DNA from: an uncultured Chloroflexia bacterium | GTDB lineage: Bacteria > Chloroflexota > Chloroflexia > Thermomicrobiales > UBA6265 | Length of the DNA: 64,000 nt | Assembly: GCA_963741795.1 (NCBI GenBank) | Contig: CAVUJM010000036.1 | Location: 20,994 to 84,993, forward strand | Reading direction: 5' to 3' | In this document: piece after piece, positions 9,824 to 18,564 of the stretch | Numbering within the stretch: position 1 is the stretch's first letter | Layout: every line of letters begins with the position of its first letter | Notes under the pieces: generated by a model | Database searches by the model: none | Told to the model about the DNA's origin: nothing | Seen by the model: the letters and a program-made list of their open reading frames with translations, nothing else | Translations under genes and position numbers: made by a program

Positions 9824-12154
9824 TCCTACGTTGGCCAAACCTGGCGGCACGTACTCGAACGCGCCCAGGTCCGTGACGGCTTCACCGTCCCTGCTGCCAT
9901 CGATTGGAACTGGACTCCCGGCAAGGTCGCGACCGTAGCCAAGCAAGACACCTCTGTCGATCGCAGGGCTCTCGGCGGCCAGAGTGAATCCTCCTGGGGC
10001 GAAAGCCGGATCCTCGATCATGCTGTGGGGTCCAGGCGTGAATTGGATCTGGCCACCGTAGAAGAGATTGTAGTCCTCGCTGAAGGGAGCGTCCGCGTAA
10101 CCGACTTTTCCAGGCGACTGGACAATGTTGTTACGCATCGCAAGTATTTCGGAACTGCAGCCACCAAAGCAGACGAAGCCCTGGCTCTCCGTGCCACTCA
10201 GGAATATGGTGTTATTCTCGACGCGCGTTCGGGAAACGGGGCCCCGGCTGTCCTGATTACCTCGGGTGACCACCCCAGTGGACGTCTGCAGCGAAGAAAC
10301 CACGAGGTTATACGCCAGAGTATTGTCTTCCGCCTGAGGATCGCCGAGCTCAACAAAGGCATCATTGTCAATCGCCACATTGTGATGTACGATGTTGCGC
10401 TGCCCACCGAAGATTTCGACGGCCGCCCCGTCACGCCCATAGTCGTAGGAGAACGCGTCGGAGCCCGTAATTGTGTTGAAGCAAACTTCGGTCCTGTCAC
10501 CATTGACCAGCACCCCAAAGGCTCCCGAATCGTTCTCACCGCCACGGTCCAGCACCGACATCCGGTTGTTGCCGACGATCTTGTTGTTGATGATCTGATT
10601 CCGCTGGGACCCAGCTTTGACATAGACGCCGGCAACGCTTGTCGTCAGTTCGCACCGCTCTACCCGGTTATTGCTACCGGAGAGTGCAATGCCTGCGAAC
10701 GAACATTCGGATGTCCTTATCTCCTGAACGGTGATATAGGAGCCGTTGACATCCACACAACCTCCGGAGAAAGTTGGTAAATCACCAGAGCCGTAAGAAC
10801 CAACCACGATAGGTCGTTGAGACGATCCTGAGTCATCGAGACGCAGGGTTCCCGTCCAGGAAGAGCCCCTGCGAAAAAGCAGGCGGTCTCCGGGATGCAG
10901 TTGCACATCGTCAACCCTTGGAAGAGTCTCCCAAGGGTCAGATTCCGAGGTCCCCAAGTTTACGTCGCTGCCCGCAAGGCTATCGACGTAGTATGTATGT
11001 GCCAAGTCGGGATGAGGAGTCGCAGACGCTGACGGAACCGCGCGAGAGACGCTATCGCGCATCGTCACGTCGACTGCGAGTGACGGCGTGAACAATCCAG
11101 CCACATTCCCCCAGGGGACGAGCTTGAAGTTCTGGTTCCCTCCCCCATTCCGATCATCCTGCGTGACGAAGAGCCCCGAGGCGAATTCACCCCCCAGGTC
11201 GGCATTGGTTACTTCGATGCCGTCGGTGTGCGAGACACCATCGATGTCTCCGTTTCCTACTGCGAAGCGACCGAGATAATCCCCGGCGAGCGAATAGACG
11301 GCGAAGTCATCGCTACCCTGGCTCGACGCAAGCAAATACCGATCACCACCTTCGTAGATAGCGAGGCCCTCGATATCGGCGGCTAGATGGGAGCCAACAC
11401 GATCGACCGACGTTCGTTCATTTCCAGCGTCCGGCTCGGCTCCGTATCGCCAAATACCGACGTCTTCTTCGGCGATGTAGACATCGGCATTGCGGTCGTC
11501 GGCAACGCACCCCTCAGATGTCGAGCCGACCGAGATGGTGCGGACCTTCCGTGTATCGACCCGCCCCTCTCCGTTGTCGCTCAGCTCCCACTGCTGGACG
11601 GTCCCGCTACTGTCGCTGACGAAGGCGTAGTATTCGCCGGAACGAGGGCTCACATAGAGACAAAGACCAGCCACACTGAGCCCGGTATCCGACGTCCGTG
11701 CAGCTACATCGACAAGACCGCGTGTGGCTGGATCGACGCGATAGGTTCGTAAGCTATCTGACGTGGTGTCGCTTGTAACCACCAGGGAGACACGGTCGTT
11801 TCCCAAGGGAAAGCCGTCGCGAAGATCGACGTTGTTCGGGGTACTATCGTCGTAGTAGGCCAACTGCTTCCCGGTCAGATCGTAGACAGCAAGGCCACCC
11901 TGTTTGTCGGTGCCGATGACCGTACTTCGGCCTGGATCGGTCGGATCGCGCCAGATCGCTGCATCATCAGCCGCGTCTCCGCTGTGCGGTACAGGCTGCG
12001 TCTCTACCGCTGCCGTCACAGTGACATTGACGGAGGGTGTCGGGCTGGCCGTGACGCTGGTTAGGGGCGCCAACGCGACGAGTAACAGAATGAAGCCCAC
12101 ATGTTGCCCGACGAAGAGAAGTCGGCATGGCGCGTGACGAAGCGACCGGATCAT
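9236..12154 (-). CDS. Secreted beta-propeller phytase (BPP) domain fused to a right-handed beta-helix domain
   Basis: The signal peptide is MIRSLRHAPCRLLFVGQHVGFILLLVALAPLTSVTA. A long collinear match to Bacillus-type 3-phytase runs from SGDAADDAAIWRDPTDP through GGLAVYDL, EGCVADD, YIAEEDVGIWRY, DIEGLAIY, YLLASSQG and NQNFKLVPW. A pectate-lyase-like beta-helix with repeated N-rich turns follows and ends at DLGAFEYV. The start ATG overlaps the upstream stop (ATGA). The last roughly 200 codons (9236 to about 9848) run antisense through the phosphoesterase gene and look non-native. Confidence 0.85.
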   Translation of the reverse strand: MIRSLRHAPCRLLFVGQHVGFILLLVALAPLTSVTASPTPSVNVTVTAAVETQPVPHSGDAADDAAIWRDPTDPGRSTVIGTDKQGGLAVYDLTGKQLAYYDDSTPNNVDLRDGFPLGNDRVSLVVTSDTTSDSLRTYRVDPATRGLVDVAARTSDTGLSVAGLCLYVSPRSGEYYAFVSDSSGTVQQWELSDNGEGRVDTRKVRTISVGSTSEGCVADDRNADVYIAEEDVGIWRYGAEPDAGNERTSVDRVGSHLAADIEGLAIYEGGDRYLLASSQGSDDFAVYSLAGDYLGRFAVGNGDIDGVSHTDGIEVTNADLGGEFASGLFVTQDDRNGGGNQNFKLVPWGNVAGLFTPSLAVDVTMRDSVSRAVPSASATPHPDLAHTYYVDSLAGSDVNLGTSESDPWETLPRVDDVQLHPGDRLLFRRGSSWTGTLRLDDSGSSQRPIVVGSYGSGDLPTFSGGCVDVNGSYITVQEIRTSECSFAGIALSGSNNRVERCELTTSVAGVYVKAGSQRNQIINNKIVGNNRMSVLDRGGENDSGAFGVLVNGDRTEVCFNTITGSDAFSYDYGRDGAAVEIFGGQRNIVHHNVAIDNDAFVELGDPQAEDNTLAYNLVVSSLQTSTGVVTRGNQDSRGPVSRTRVENNTIFLSGTESQGFVCFGGCSSEILAMRNNIVQSPGKVGYADAPFSEDYNLFYGGQIQFTPGPHSMIEDPAFAPGGFTLAAESPAIDRGVLLGYGRDLAGSPVPIDGSRDGEAVTDLGAFEYVPPGLANVGSGTVSVGQVQGDVGWRANGFHFPETVIPVLNGSGGFSAAAVQGHCDERQKWVLSLGLPSPRAAIEIKRGRRAVAERSLFRLVGMSEDIEGRTRAAFREHSPNVLRGSNQIVRRKPRPMRSLHRSSPPPRHAHQPRRQAIVCRFRQQVNLSQYVSREVRLRRQFRHDVGAIAFLPGAVAWQSAGYDTTTDREGQPG

Positions 12155-13500
12155 GATTGTTCCACGGCAGATGGCACTACCCCTTCTGGCCGCAGCATGG
12201 TGAGAAGGCGCGAGAACGTCCAGATCCCGGTAAGAAGCTGGGTAGTGAGCCAAGACAGCGCCATAGCGTCGATCCCCGAGACAATGCCAGCGAACACCGC
12301 AGCTCCGACCCCAACCGTCCCACTCACCAGCCCCACCAGGATCGCTTCGCCCAGGCGATTACGGGCTCGGCACGCGGCGTAATATGCCTGAATGAAGGTG
12401 AAGGGAAACGCGACCAGGAGGAGAATGCGCAGAGGGGTCGTCCCGGCATCGGCGTACGTGTTGCCGAGGAGACCAAGCAAGAAAGGCCCGAGCACAGCGG
12501 CCGACACAGCGGCGGCCGCACCCACACTGAGGGATAACCGCACGCCCTGCCAGACGATTCGAGGGAGTTCGTCCGGCCGGCGCGACGCCTCAGCGAACTG
12601 TGAGAGCCCGATCTGGATCGGGACGACGTAGACAACCCAAGCCATCATCCAGGCGGCGTACCAGGCGGCGTTCGTCTCCGGCGACAGGAGCTCGGTCACC
12701 GCGATTGGCATCACCGCTCCCGGCGCACGTTCCGCCAGGGTGAGTAACCAGTTTGGCATTCCGACCGTGACAAGTTGCCAACTGAGATCGCGTCGGATTC
12801 TTCCCCGAAAACGGTAATCGGTTACGGAGCGACAGAGCTGGGCATAGCCGAGACCAGTTCCGACAATCCCGCCGAACACCCACGCTCCAAGGATGGCGAG
12901 CGGACTGTCAAGTCCAGTAAGTGCCGGAAATCCGACGAGCACCGCAAGCGAAGCGATTCCGAAGAGCGCGTTGCGGACGAGCATTTGGTCACCGCGGCGC
13001 AGTACGGTCGCGGTCTGATCGAACAGCACACCAAGGGTACCGAACACGCACATGGCGAGGAAGGCCACAGCGTATGCTGGCCTCATGGCAACAATCTGAA
13101 GTTGGTGAAGGAGCGTCCCGGCGACAACCAGGAATGTGCCGCCGGCCACAAGCGCCGCGCACACCACGAAGATGAGCGCGGAGTCGAGCAGATCGTGGCG
13201 ACGGTGCGGAAGAGTTGGAAGGAGCACAATGACTGCGGCGCCAGCGCCGAAGAGCGCCAGTTGAACGCAGAGCATCATTGCCGATACGGTGGCGGAGGCA
13301 AGGCCAACGGTATCGGCGGTAAACAGGCGGGCCGCCACGAGCCAGACGACGAAGCCGAGGCCCATTGTCGCCATCTTGCCGGCGACCAAGGCGAGGGAGT
13401 TGAGGCGCATCGGCAGCGCCCTCGGCACATGGGCACTCCATGGTGCCTGGAACTGTCGTCCCGCTGCCTCACCCGTCTGAGCTGATCTAGGCCCGTCCAT
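12151..13500 (-). CDS. Wzx-like oligosaccharide flippase (MOP/polysaccharide biosynthesis protein family)
   Basis: The protein has about 12-14 TM helices. Its N-terminus, LNSLALVAGKMATMGLGFVVWLVAARLF, is typical of polysaccharide-biosynthesis flippases. The ATG at 13500 overlaps the upstream GT2 gene by 14 nt; an alternative ATG lies at 13410. Confidence 0.8.
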   Translation of the reverse strand: MDGPRSAQTGEAAGRQFQAPWSAHVPRALPMRLNSLALVAGKMATMGLGFVVWLVAARLFTADTVGLASATVSAMMLCVQLALFGAGAAVIVLLPTLPHRRHDLLDSALIFVVCAALVAGGTFLVVAGTLLHQLQIVAMRPAYAVAFLAMCVFGTLGVLFDQTATVLRRGDQMLVRNALFGIASLAVLVGFPALTGLDSPLAILGAWVFGGIVGTGLGYAQLCRSVTDYRFRGRIRRDLSWQLVTVGMPNWLLTLAERAPGAVMPIAVTELLSPETNAAWYAAWMMAWVVYVVPIQIGLSQFAEASRRPDELPRIVWQGVRLSLSVGAAAAVSAAVLGPFLLGLLGNTYADAGTTPLRILLLVAFPFTFIQAYYAACRARNRLGEAILVGLVSGTVGVGAAVFAGIVSGIDAMALSWLTTQLLTGIWTFSRLLTMLRPEGVVPSAVEQS

Positions 13501-14338
13501 GCTCGACCCTGGACGATTCAGTCACCGTCCGCCGCCGGAATTCGTTCCCAAGGATCCCTGCTGCGGCAACATAATTGACGACGCCGTAAGTGAGGAAGTA
13601 AGGAATCCAACGCGGCTGCAGATGGAGCAGCGATAGGCCGATACCGCGCACGGCACCCGCGGCGGGAATACCGAGGAGCATGACCGCGCGCCAGCCGTGC
13701 TTGAACACCATGCGAGCCAACCCTTGCCCGTCAGCGACAAACTGGCCCCGAGCACATGCAAAGGAATCATCGAAGCGGTGGGTGACAACGGTCCGCCGCG
13801 ACACCCCCAGCTTCGACTTCGCCCGCTGCAACCGATAACGCAGTTCAATATCCTCGCCCGAGGCGAATTGCTCGTCGAGCCCATGGGCAAGGAAGACGTC
13901 ACGGTCGAAGATCGTCGCCATCACCCCCGGCCAGTGTTTGCTACGACCATGGTTGTGGTGGAAGGCGAGCGCCTGCCCCCAGTACCCTGGGCCGGCCGCG
14001 CTGTGAAGCCCAGCCTGGAGGGCCGTGAAGCCACCCGACTGGAATTCCTCAAGAAGGTCCGCCAACGCCCCGTCCGGCAGCACGATGTCCACGTCGATAA
14101 GGGCTATCGTTCTCTGGTTTGCGGCGGAGGCTCCCTGCATGCGGGCAGCGGCAACTCCCCCCCCGCCATCAGAAAAGACCCGCTCCGTATAGTGCCGTGC
14201 AATCTCCACGGTGCGGTCAGTCGAATTCCCGTCGACCACGATAAGCTCGGCTGGTTTGGCTTGCGCTATCGAGCCAAGGCATTCGTCAATGAAACCTTCG
14301 GCGTTGCGCACCGGTACGATGACAGTGAGGTCGAGCAC
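13487..14338 (-). CDS. Family 2 glycosyltransferase
   Basis: The GT2 N-terminal signature reads LTVIVPVRNAEGFIDECLGSIAQ...ELIVVDGNSTDRT...IALIDVDIVLP. I chose the GTG at 14338, which lies 9 nt downstream of GGAAGGA and 7 nt after the upstream stop. The longer ORF to 14560 would overlap the preceding gene. Confidence 0.85.
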   Translation of the reverse strand: MLDLTVIVPVRNAEGFIDECLGSIAQAKPAELIVVDGNSTDRTVEIARHYTERVFSDGGGGVAAARMQGASAANQRTIALIDVDIVLPDGALADLLEEFQSGGFTALQAGLHSAAGPGYWGQALAFHHNHGRSKHWPGVMATIFDRDVFLAHGLDEQFASGEDIELRYRLQRAKSKLGVSRRTVVTHRFDDSFACARGQFVADGQGLARMVFKHGWRAVMLLGIPAAGAVRGIGLSLLHLQPRWIPYFLTYGVVNYVAAAGILGNEFRRRTVTESSRVEHGRA

Positions 14339-14345
14339 GGTCTGA

Positions 14346-15464
14346 CTATCCTTCCCTGACCGGGACGGCTGAAGCCATCGCCGGAACGTCGAGACGTTGG
14401 AGGAGGTTCTGGAGCTGGGCGACGATGAGGTCCGATGCCTGATCAGGTGGGAACGCCTGCGGCACCTGCAACAGGTAGGCAGGCTTGTCGGCCAAAGCCG
14501 CCTGCAAGACCGCCGCCTTGTCGCCGAACATCCGCTCAATAGGGGCCAGGCCAGTCGCACCTAACGCGGTGATCACTTCCTGAGAATGCCTGGTGATCTC
14601 CGCGTGGAAGTTGCCGATCATCCGGGACACCATCCACTCGGGCGATTTCTCCTGGAGGATCACCTGATCACCAGCGCAACGCTCGACAAAGACCGTCAGG
14701 TCCAATGGTGCTTCCGTTGTGATCGTCGCCGCAGGGAATGCTTCGCGCGGCGTCACCATCATGTGCTCCGGTGAGAACTTCCGTGTGACGCGAGCGAAAC
14801 GCGGATATTTGGTCACAAAGGGGTGGACGAGTGTCGTCAGGCGCCCCAGTGGCCGCGTAAGGCGCGTCGGCACCAATGGTTTGCGCTTCTTCTCGAAGAG
14901 GTGGGGATAAATCGGCCGATGATGGGGCTTGATGAACATCGGCTTGGCGTACCCGAGCATGCGCCCGTCGGCAACGAGAAAGGCCCAGTCATCTCCCATG
15001 AAAGAGAATCCATCCTGCTTCAGGAGTTTGGCGATGGTGCTCGTCTTGCCGGTACCTCCCCACGCCGGGATGCAGATGCCGCGGCCACGGTAGGCCACGG
15101 TGGCTGCGTGGATCATAGCCACACCCTTGGTCGTGAGGATTCGATCGAGCAGCGGCACGGCTGAAACAAGGAGTTCTCGGGTTCCGTTGAGATGCCACCC
15201 ATCCTCGTCCCGAAGGATCTGGACCTGCGACTCGTTCAGGAAGAGCGACTGGTCGGTGTACTCGTATTCCGTTTCGCCGAATGACACACCCGAGATCGGC
15301 ACGATCTCACCAGTGACGGTGAGATCGTGGTGTTCAGGGACCCGAGAGGTCAGGAACGGGGCGAAAATATCGGCCAGTAGCGCGGCAGTCGGCGCCTGGC
15401 GAGCAACCCGCATCGTCGCATAGTCGTGGAAGTTGAACTCAAGCCATTCGTTCATCATGTTCAA
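14346..15464 (-). CDS. HprK-related P-loop kinase-like protein (tentative)
   Basis: The P-loop AWGGTGKTSTIAKLL is followed by FMGDDWAFL, in a roughly 370-aa protein that resembles the HPr-kinase C-terminal-like proteins found in EPS/RiPP neighbourhoods. The start is either TTG 15464 (overlapping the upstream TGA) or ATG 15458. Confidence 0.55.
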   Translation of the reverse strand: MNMMNEWLEFNFHDYATMRVARQAPTAALLADIFAPFLTSRVPEHHDLTVTGEIVPISGVSFGETEYEYTDQSLFLNESQVQILRDEDGWHLNGTRELLVSAVPLLDRILTTKGVAMIHAATVAYRGRGICIPAWGGTGKTSTIAKLLKQDGFSFMGDDWAFLVADGRMLGYAKPMFIKPHHRPIYPHLFEKKRKPLVPTRLTRPLGRLTTLVHPFVTKYPRFARVTRKFSPEHMMVTPREAFPAATITTEAPLDLTVFVERCAGDQVILQEKSPEWMVSRMIGNFHAEITRHSQEVITALGATGLAPIERMFGDKAAVLQAALADKPAYLLQVPQAFPPDQASDLIVAQLQNLLQRLDVPAMASAVPVREG

Positions 15465-16513
15465 GCCTCGATACCTCTCTGCTGTCCGCTGATGGGAAAC
15501 GGAATGCCTAAAACGTCATCGGCCAACCGCCGTTTGCGCCGAACTGTCCGCCTTCCCTGCAAGTAGCCGAGGGTGGTCGTGGCAAGTCCGGAGCAGATTG
15601 CCAACGCTCTGGCAACACTTGCGATGTCGGCGTGGGTGAGCGCGTAAGCCAGCGAGCGGATCACTCCGCTGGGCAAGACCCTGAAGGTATAGGTGCGTTC
15701 AGAGGCCAATCCATCTCCGGAACCAACCAGCTCCGAGACCACCGCCTTTGAGTGACCCTCCGCATAGCAGCGGGAGTGGAAATAGCGCCAGGTCAGCCGC
15801 TGTCGCGGAACCCGGTGTAGGACGACCGCTCTCGGCTCGTACACGATCCTCGCGTCCGGCCATCGTTGCCGGAGACGGATGCAGATCTCGGTCTCTTCAC
15901 AGCCAGCCGGCAATATCCCTATCCGGCCGACACTGGCGTGGAAGCCGCCGATGCCCGTGAAGACCTCCCGACGGAACGCCATGTTTGCCCCGATCGGGTT
16001 TCGTATCTCTCCTCGCGTCACGGGGAGTCCTCGGTAGCTGCACCCAACGACCCAGTAGAACTCCTCTGGCAACCACCTCGGCGGGTGGGCTTCCCATTCC
16101 GGGCGGACAGCTCCACCAACCGCGACCACACGAAACTCGGCGAACGGCCTCACCAGGTGATGGAGCCATTCCTTATCAGCTGCTGCGTCATCATCCAGGA
16201 AGGCGATGACTTCGCCTTTCGCGGTCGCGACGCCTCTGTTCCGAGCGCCAGAGAGGCCTCGAGGGCCATCGTTCACGACCGCGACGACTTCGGGGAACGC
16301 GTCCCGCACTCGCTGGAACAGCTCCGGATGATGGTCGACGACGACGATCACCTCCGTCGGGGTCGGTGGCTCTGTCAGTGACGCGAGCGCAGCTGTGAGT
16401 GCGTCCCAACGGGCCTCGGTATAGATGCAGATCACCACCGAAACTGTCGGCAGCACGGTGCTCTGAGGCACCCTGCTTGAATGGCCCGCGGGGACCGCGC
16501 TAGACGACTTCAT
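15461..16513 (-). CDS. Family 2 glycosyltransferase
   Basis: GT2 motifs are VSVVICIYTEARWDAL, EVIVVVDHHPEL, GLSGARNRG and IAFLDDDAAAD (DxD). The ATG at 16513 overlaps the upstream gene by 14 nt. Confidence 0.85.
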   Translation of the reverse strand: MKSSSAVPAGHSSRVPQSTVLPTVSVVICIYTEARWDALTAALASLTEPPTPTEVIVVVDHHPELFQRVRDAFPEVVAVVNDGPRGLSGARNRGVATAKGEVIAFLDDDAAADKEWLHHLVRPFAEFRVVAVGGAVRPEWEAHPPRWLPEEFYWVVGCSYRGLPVTRGEIRNPIGANMAFRREVFTGIGGFHASVGRIGILPAGCEETEICIRLRQRWPDARIVYEPRAVVLHRVPRQRLTWRYFHSRCYAEGHSKAVVSELVGSGDGLASERTYTFRVLPSGVIRSLAYALTHADIASVARALAICSGLATTTLGYLQGRRTVRRKRRLADDVLGIPFPISGQQRGIEA

Positions 16514-17408
16514 TGAGTTCGATCCGCTCGCTCCACACCACGGCATAGCCCTGGGCGAAGCGACCAGCAGGCGCGAACGAGACTCGCTCGACACTCTGGG
16601 TGCGGACGCGCGCTGGCCGTCCACCAGTCCACCATTCCCGCAGAATCGCCTTGGTCACGCGCCAGCCATCGGGGAACGTGCGAAGGCGGCTCACGCCGTG
16701 CACCCGTTCATGCTCGAAACTGGCAATCTCGACGATCTTGAGCCCGGCCCTCAAGGCGCGAACGTTCATGATCGTCTCGATCTCGAATCCGTCTCCGTCG
16801 AGGTCGAGCTGTGGCAGCACGCGTCGCCAGAAGGCGTTGTAGCCATAGCAAAGATCCGTGTAGTGTCCGCCATGGAGCATGTGCACCATGGCCAGGAAGC
16901 CCCGGTTACCGGCGCGGCGCAGACCGGACATATCGGACGTGCCTCCGCCGTGGAGGAAGCGCGAGCCCTTCACGAAATCGGCGCCGGCAAGAAGAGGGCC
17001 GATGTAGGCCGGAATCTCTGCGGGGTCGGTCGAACCGTCGGCGTCGAGCATGACGATGATGTCACCCGTGGCCTCGGCGAAACCGGAACGCAGGGCCGCC
17101 CCCTTGCCACGCCCCATCTGGGGGACGATACGAACCCCGGGGTAGAGGCGTTGAGCGACGTCGGCCGTGCCATCAATCGAGTTGCCATCGACGAGGAGAA
17201 CCTCATGCACCCAGGATGGGATGCGCGGCAAGACATAGGGGAGGTTCTTGGCCTCATTGAGGGCTGGAATGACGACCGTGACCCTGGGGTTCTGGAATCG
17301 GTCGTGATCTGGGGCCTGAGAAACCACCGCGAGATGAGACGCCCTGTGATCGTGCTGGACATGGTAGACGTCGCCTTCTGTAGCAATGCGGGTGCTGATA
17401 AGTGCCAT
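16500..17408 (-). CDS. Family 2 glycosyltransferase, polyprenol-phosphate sugar synthase-like (DPM1/GtrB-like)
   Basis: Motifs are VTVVIPALNEAKNLPYVL, LLVDGNSIDGT, GKGAALRSGF and IVMLDADGSTDP. The ATG at 17408 is preceded by GGAAGGCAGGTGGAG. The ORF track's longer N-terminus (to 17681) is not protein-like. Confidence 0.85.
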   Translation of the reverse strand: MALISTRIATEGDVYHVQHDHRASHLAVVSQAPDHDRFQNPRVTVVIPALNEAKNLPYVLPRIPSWVHEVLLVDGNSIDGTADVAQRLYPGVRIVPQMGRGKGAALRSGFAEATGDIIVMLDADGSTDPAEIPAYIGPLLAGADFVKGSRFLHGGGTSDMSGLRRAGNRGFLAMVHMLHGGHYTDLCYGYNAFWRRVLPQLDLDGDGFEIETIMNVRALRAGLKIVEIASFEHERVHGVSRLRTFPDGWRVTKAILREWWTGGRPARVRTQSVERVSFAPAGRFAQGYAVVWSERIELNEVV

Positions 17409-17787
17409 GTCTCCACCTGCCTTCCGTGAATACGGATGTAATGGATTGGCAGAGGGAACACGAGCGTTGACGGGGTGCACGACCTTCCGGTAGCATGCAT
17501 CCACCGCTTGCAGATGTTCCGTCTGCCAGTGGGTGTGAAACGGACGAGTTCTCCGTACCAAGGTTGAAACTCGTCCGTTTTCCGTGTATTCAGTGATCTT
17601 TCCGACAATGCTCCTTGTCTTCGCCGGACCGAGGTTGCTCGTCCACCTGGCGGGTTCGACGGCTTCGCACGCGGAACCCACTTGAGGCGTACAGCGGCGC
17701 GATCGATACCACGGGTTCGGGCTGCGGTGCCCGATCCCGCCTTGTCCCTTCTCCGAAATGTGAAGACCCCGTTAATAGAATGTATAT

Positions 17788-18564
17788 TTATGACAACCTG
17801 ATGTCATCATGCGTTTGCATGATTTCCACCTCACTTATTTGCATGACGTGCGTTGGTCCCGTTCCTGGACGTTCCATCCGGTGTGGCAAGAGGCGCCGTC
17901 TGGGGAGGAAATCATCGTCAGCGACTAGTCCATGTCTCACCGCGAGGAGCGCTGCCTGAAGCCGGGTATGGAGACCAAGCTTGTTCAGCAGGTGTGCTAC
18001 ATGGGATCTCACGGTGTTGGTCCCGAGGTTCAGTTCCGCGGCGATCGAGTGGTTGTCGAGTCCTCTTGCAAGCGCCCGGAGAACATCCATCTCCCGCGGG
18101 GAAAGCTGGGAAAGAGCGCGATCGGTCGCTGTGGCTCGGGCCTGGAGATCAGCGGCCTGCCTAATGAGCCGCATCGCCTCGACCGGGGGAATGAGCGCAT
18201 GGCCTTCGCTAACTCTCCGCAAGGCGAGGATTATTTCATCTATTTCTGCGGTCTTGGAAATAAACCCGACCGCCCCGGCGGCGATGGCCAGCGGCATCGC
18301 GTCCGAGCGGGTCACCCCGGAGAGCACAACCAACGCAGCCTCCGGGTTCGCCCCGGCAAGGACGGGCAGCAGGTCAACGCCGTTCCCGTCGGGCAACATG
18401 AGGTCCACCAGCGCCGCGTTGAACGTTGCAGTCTCAATCAAGTTGAGTGCTTCGGCAATCGTCCCGGCTAGACCAGCGATCTCGATGCCGTTCTCGCGGG
18501 AAAGAACCGCGGCCAATGGGACGCGAAATGAAGCATGGTCGTCAACGATGAGCAGCCTAATCAT
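17788..18564 (-). CDS. Two-component response regulator, NarL/FixJ (LuxR HTH) family
   Basis: The receiver domain reads MIRLLIVDDHASFR...LVDLMLPDGNG. The LuxR-type HTH reads LSPREMDVLRALARGLDNHSIAAELNLGTNTVRSHVAHLLNKLG. The ATG at 18564 overlaps the kinase gene by 8 nt. A 45-aa C-terminal tail is encoded by the AT-rich repeat region. Confidence 0.9.
   Translation of the reverse strand: MIRLLIVDDHASFRVPLAAVLSRENGIEIAGLAGTIAEALNLIETATFNAALVDLMLPDGNGVDLLPVLAGANPEAALVVLSGVTRSDAMPLAIAAGAVGFISKTAEIDEIILALRRVSEGHALIPPVEAMRLIRQAADLQARATATDRALSQLSPREMDVLRALARGLDNHSIAAELNLGTNTVRSHVAHLLNKLGLHTRLQAALLAVRHGLVADDDFLPRRRLLPHRMERPGTGPTHVMQISEVEIMQTHDDIRLS
17790..17846. promoter_or_regulatory. AT-rich repeat cluster: inverted repeat ATGACA-N6-TGTCAT plus two direct copies of TTTGCATGA
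   Basis: The inverted repeat is at 17790-17807. The direct repeats are at 17814-17822 and 17838-17846. The cluster sits in a visibly AT-richer stretch at the 3' end of the response-regulator gene, upstream of the GT2 operon on the same strand. Confidence 0.3.

Noticed and set aside
10025-10780. 251-aa plus-strand ORF inside the beta-helix region, and similar antisense ORFs (12775..13485, 13697..14359, 16698..17429, 17981..18697, 25593..26435, 39173..39952, 54946..56046, 57619..58518, 59283..60005)
   Set aside because: Each lies antisense to a gene with strong motif support and has a junk-like composition. These are shadow ORFs expected in high-GC DNA.
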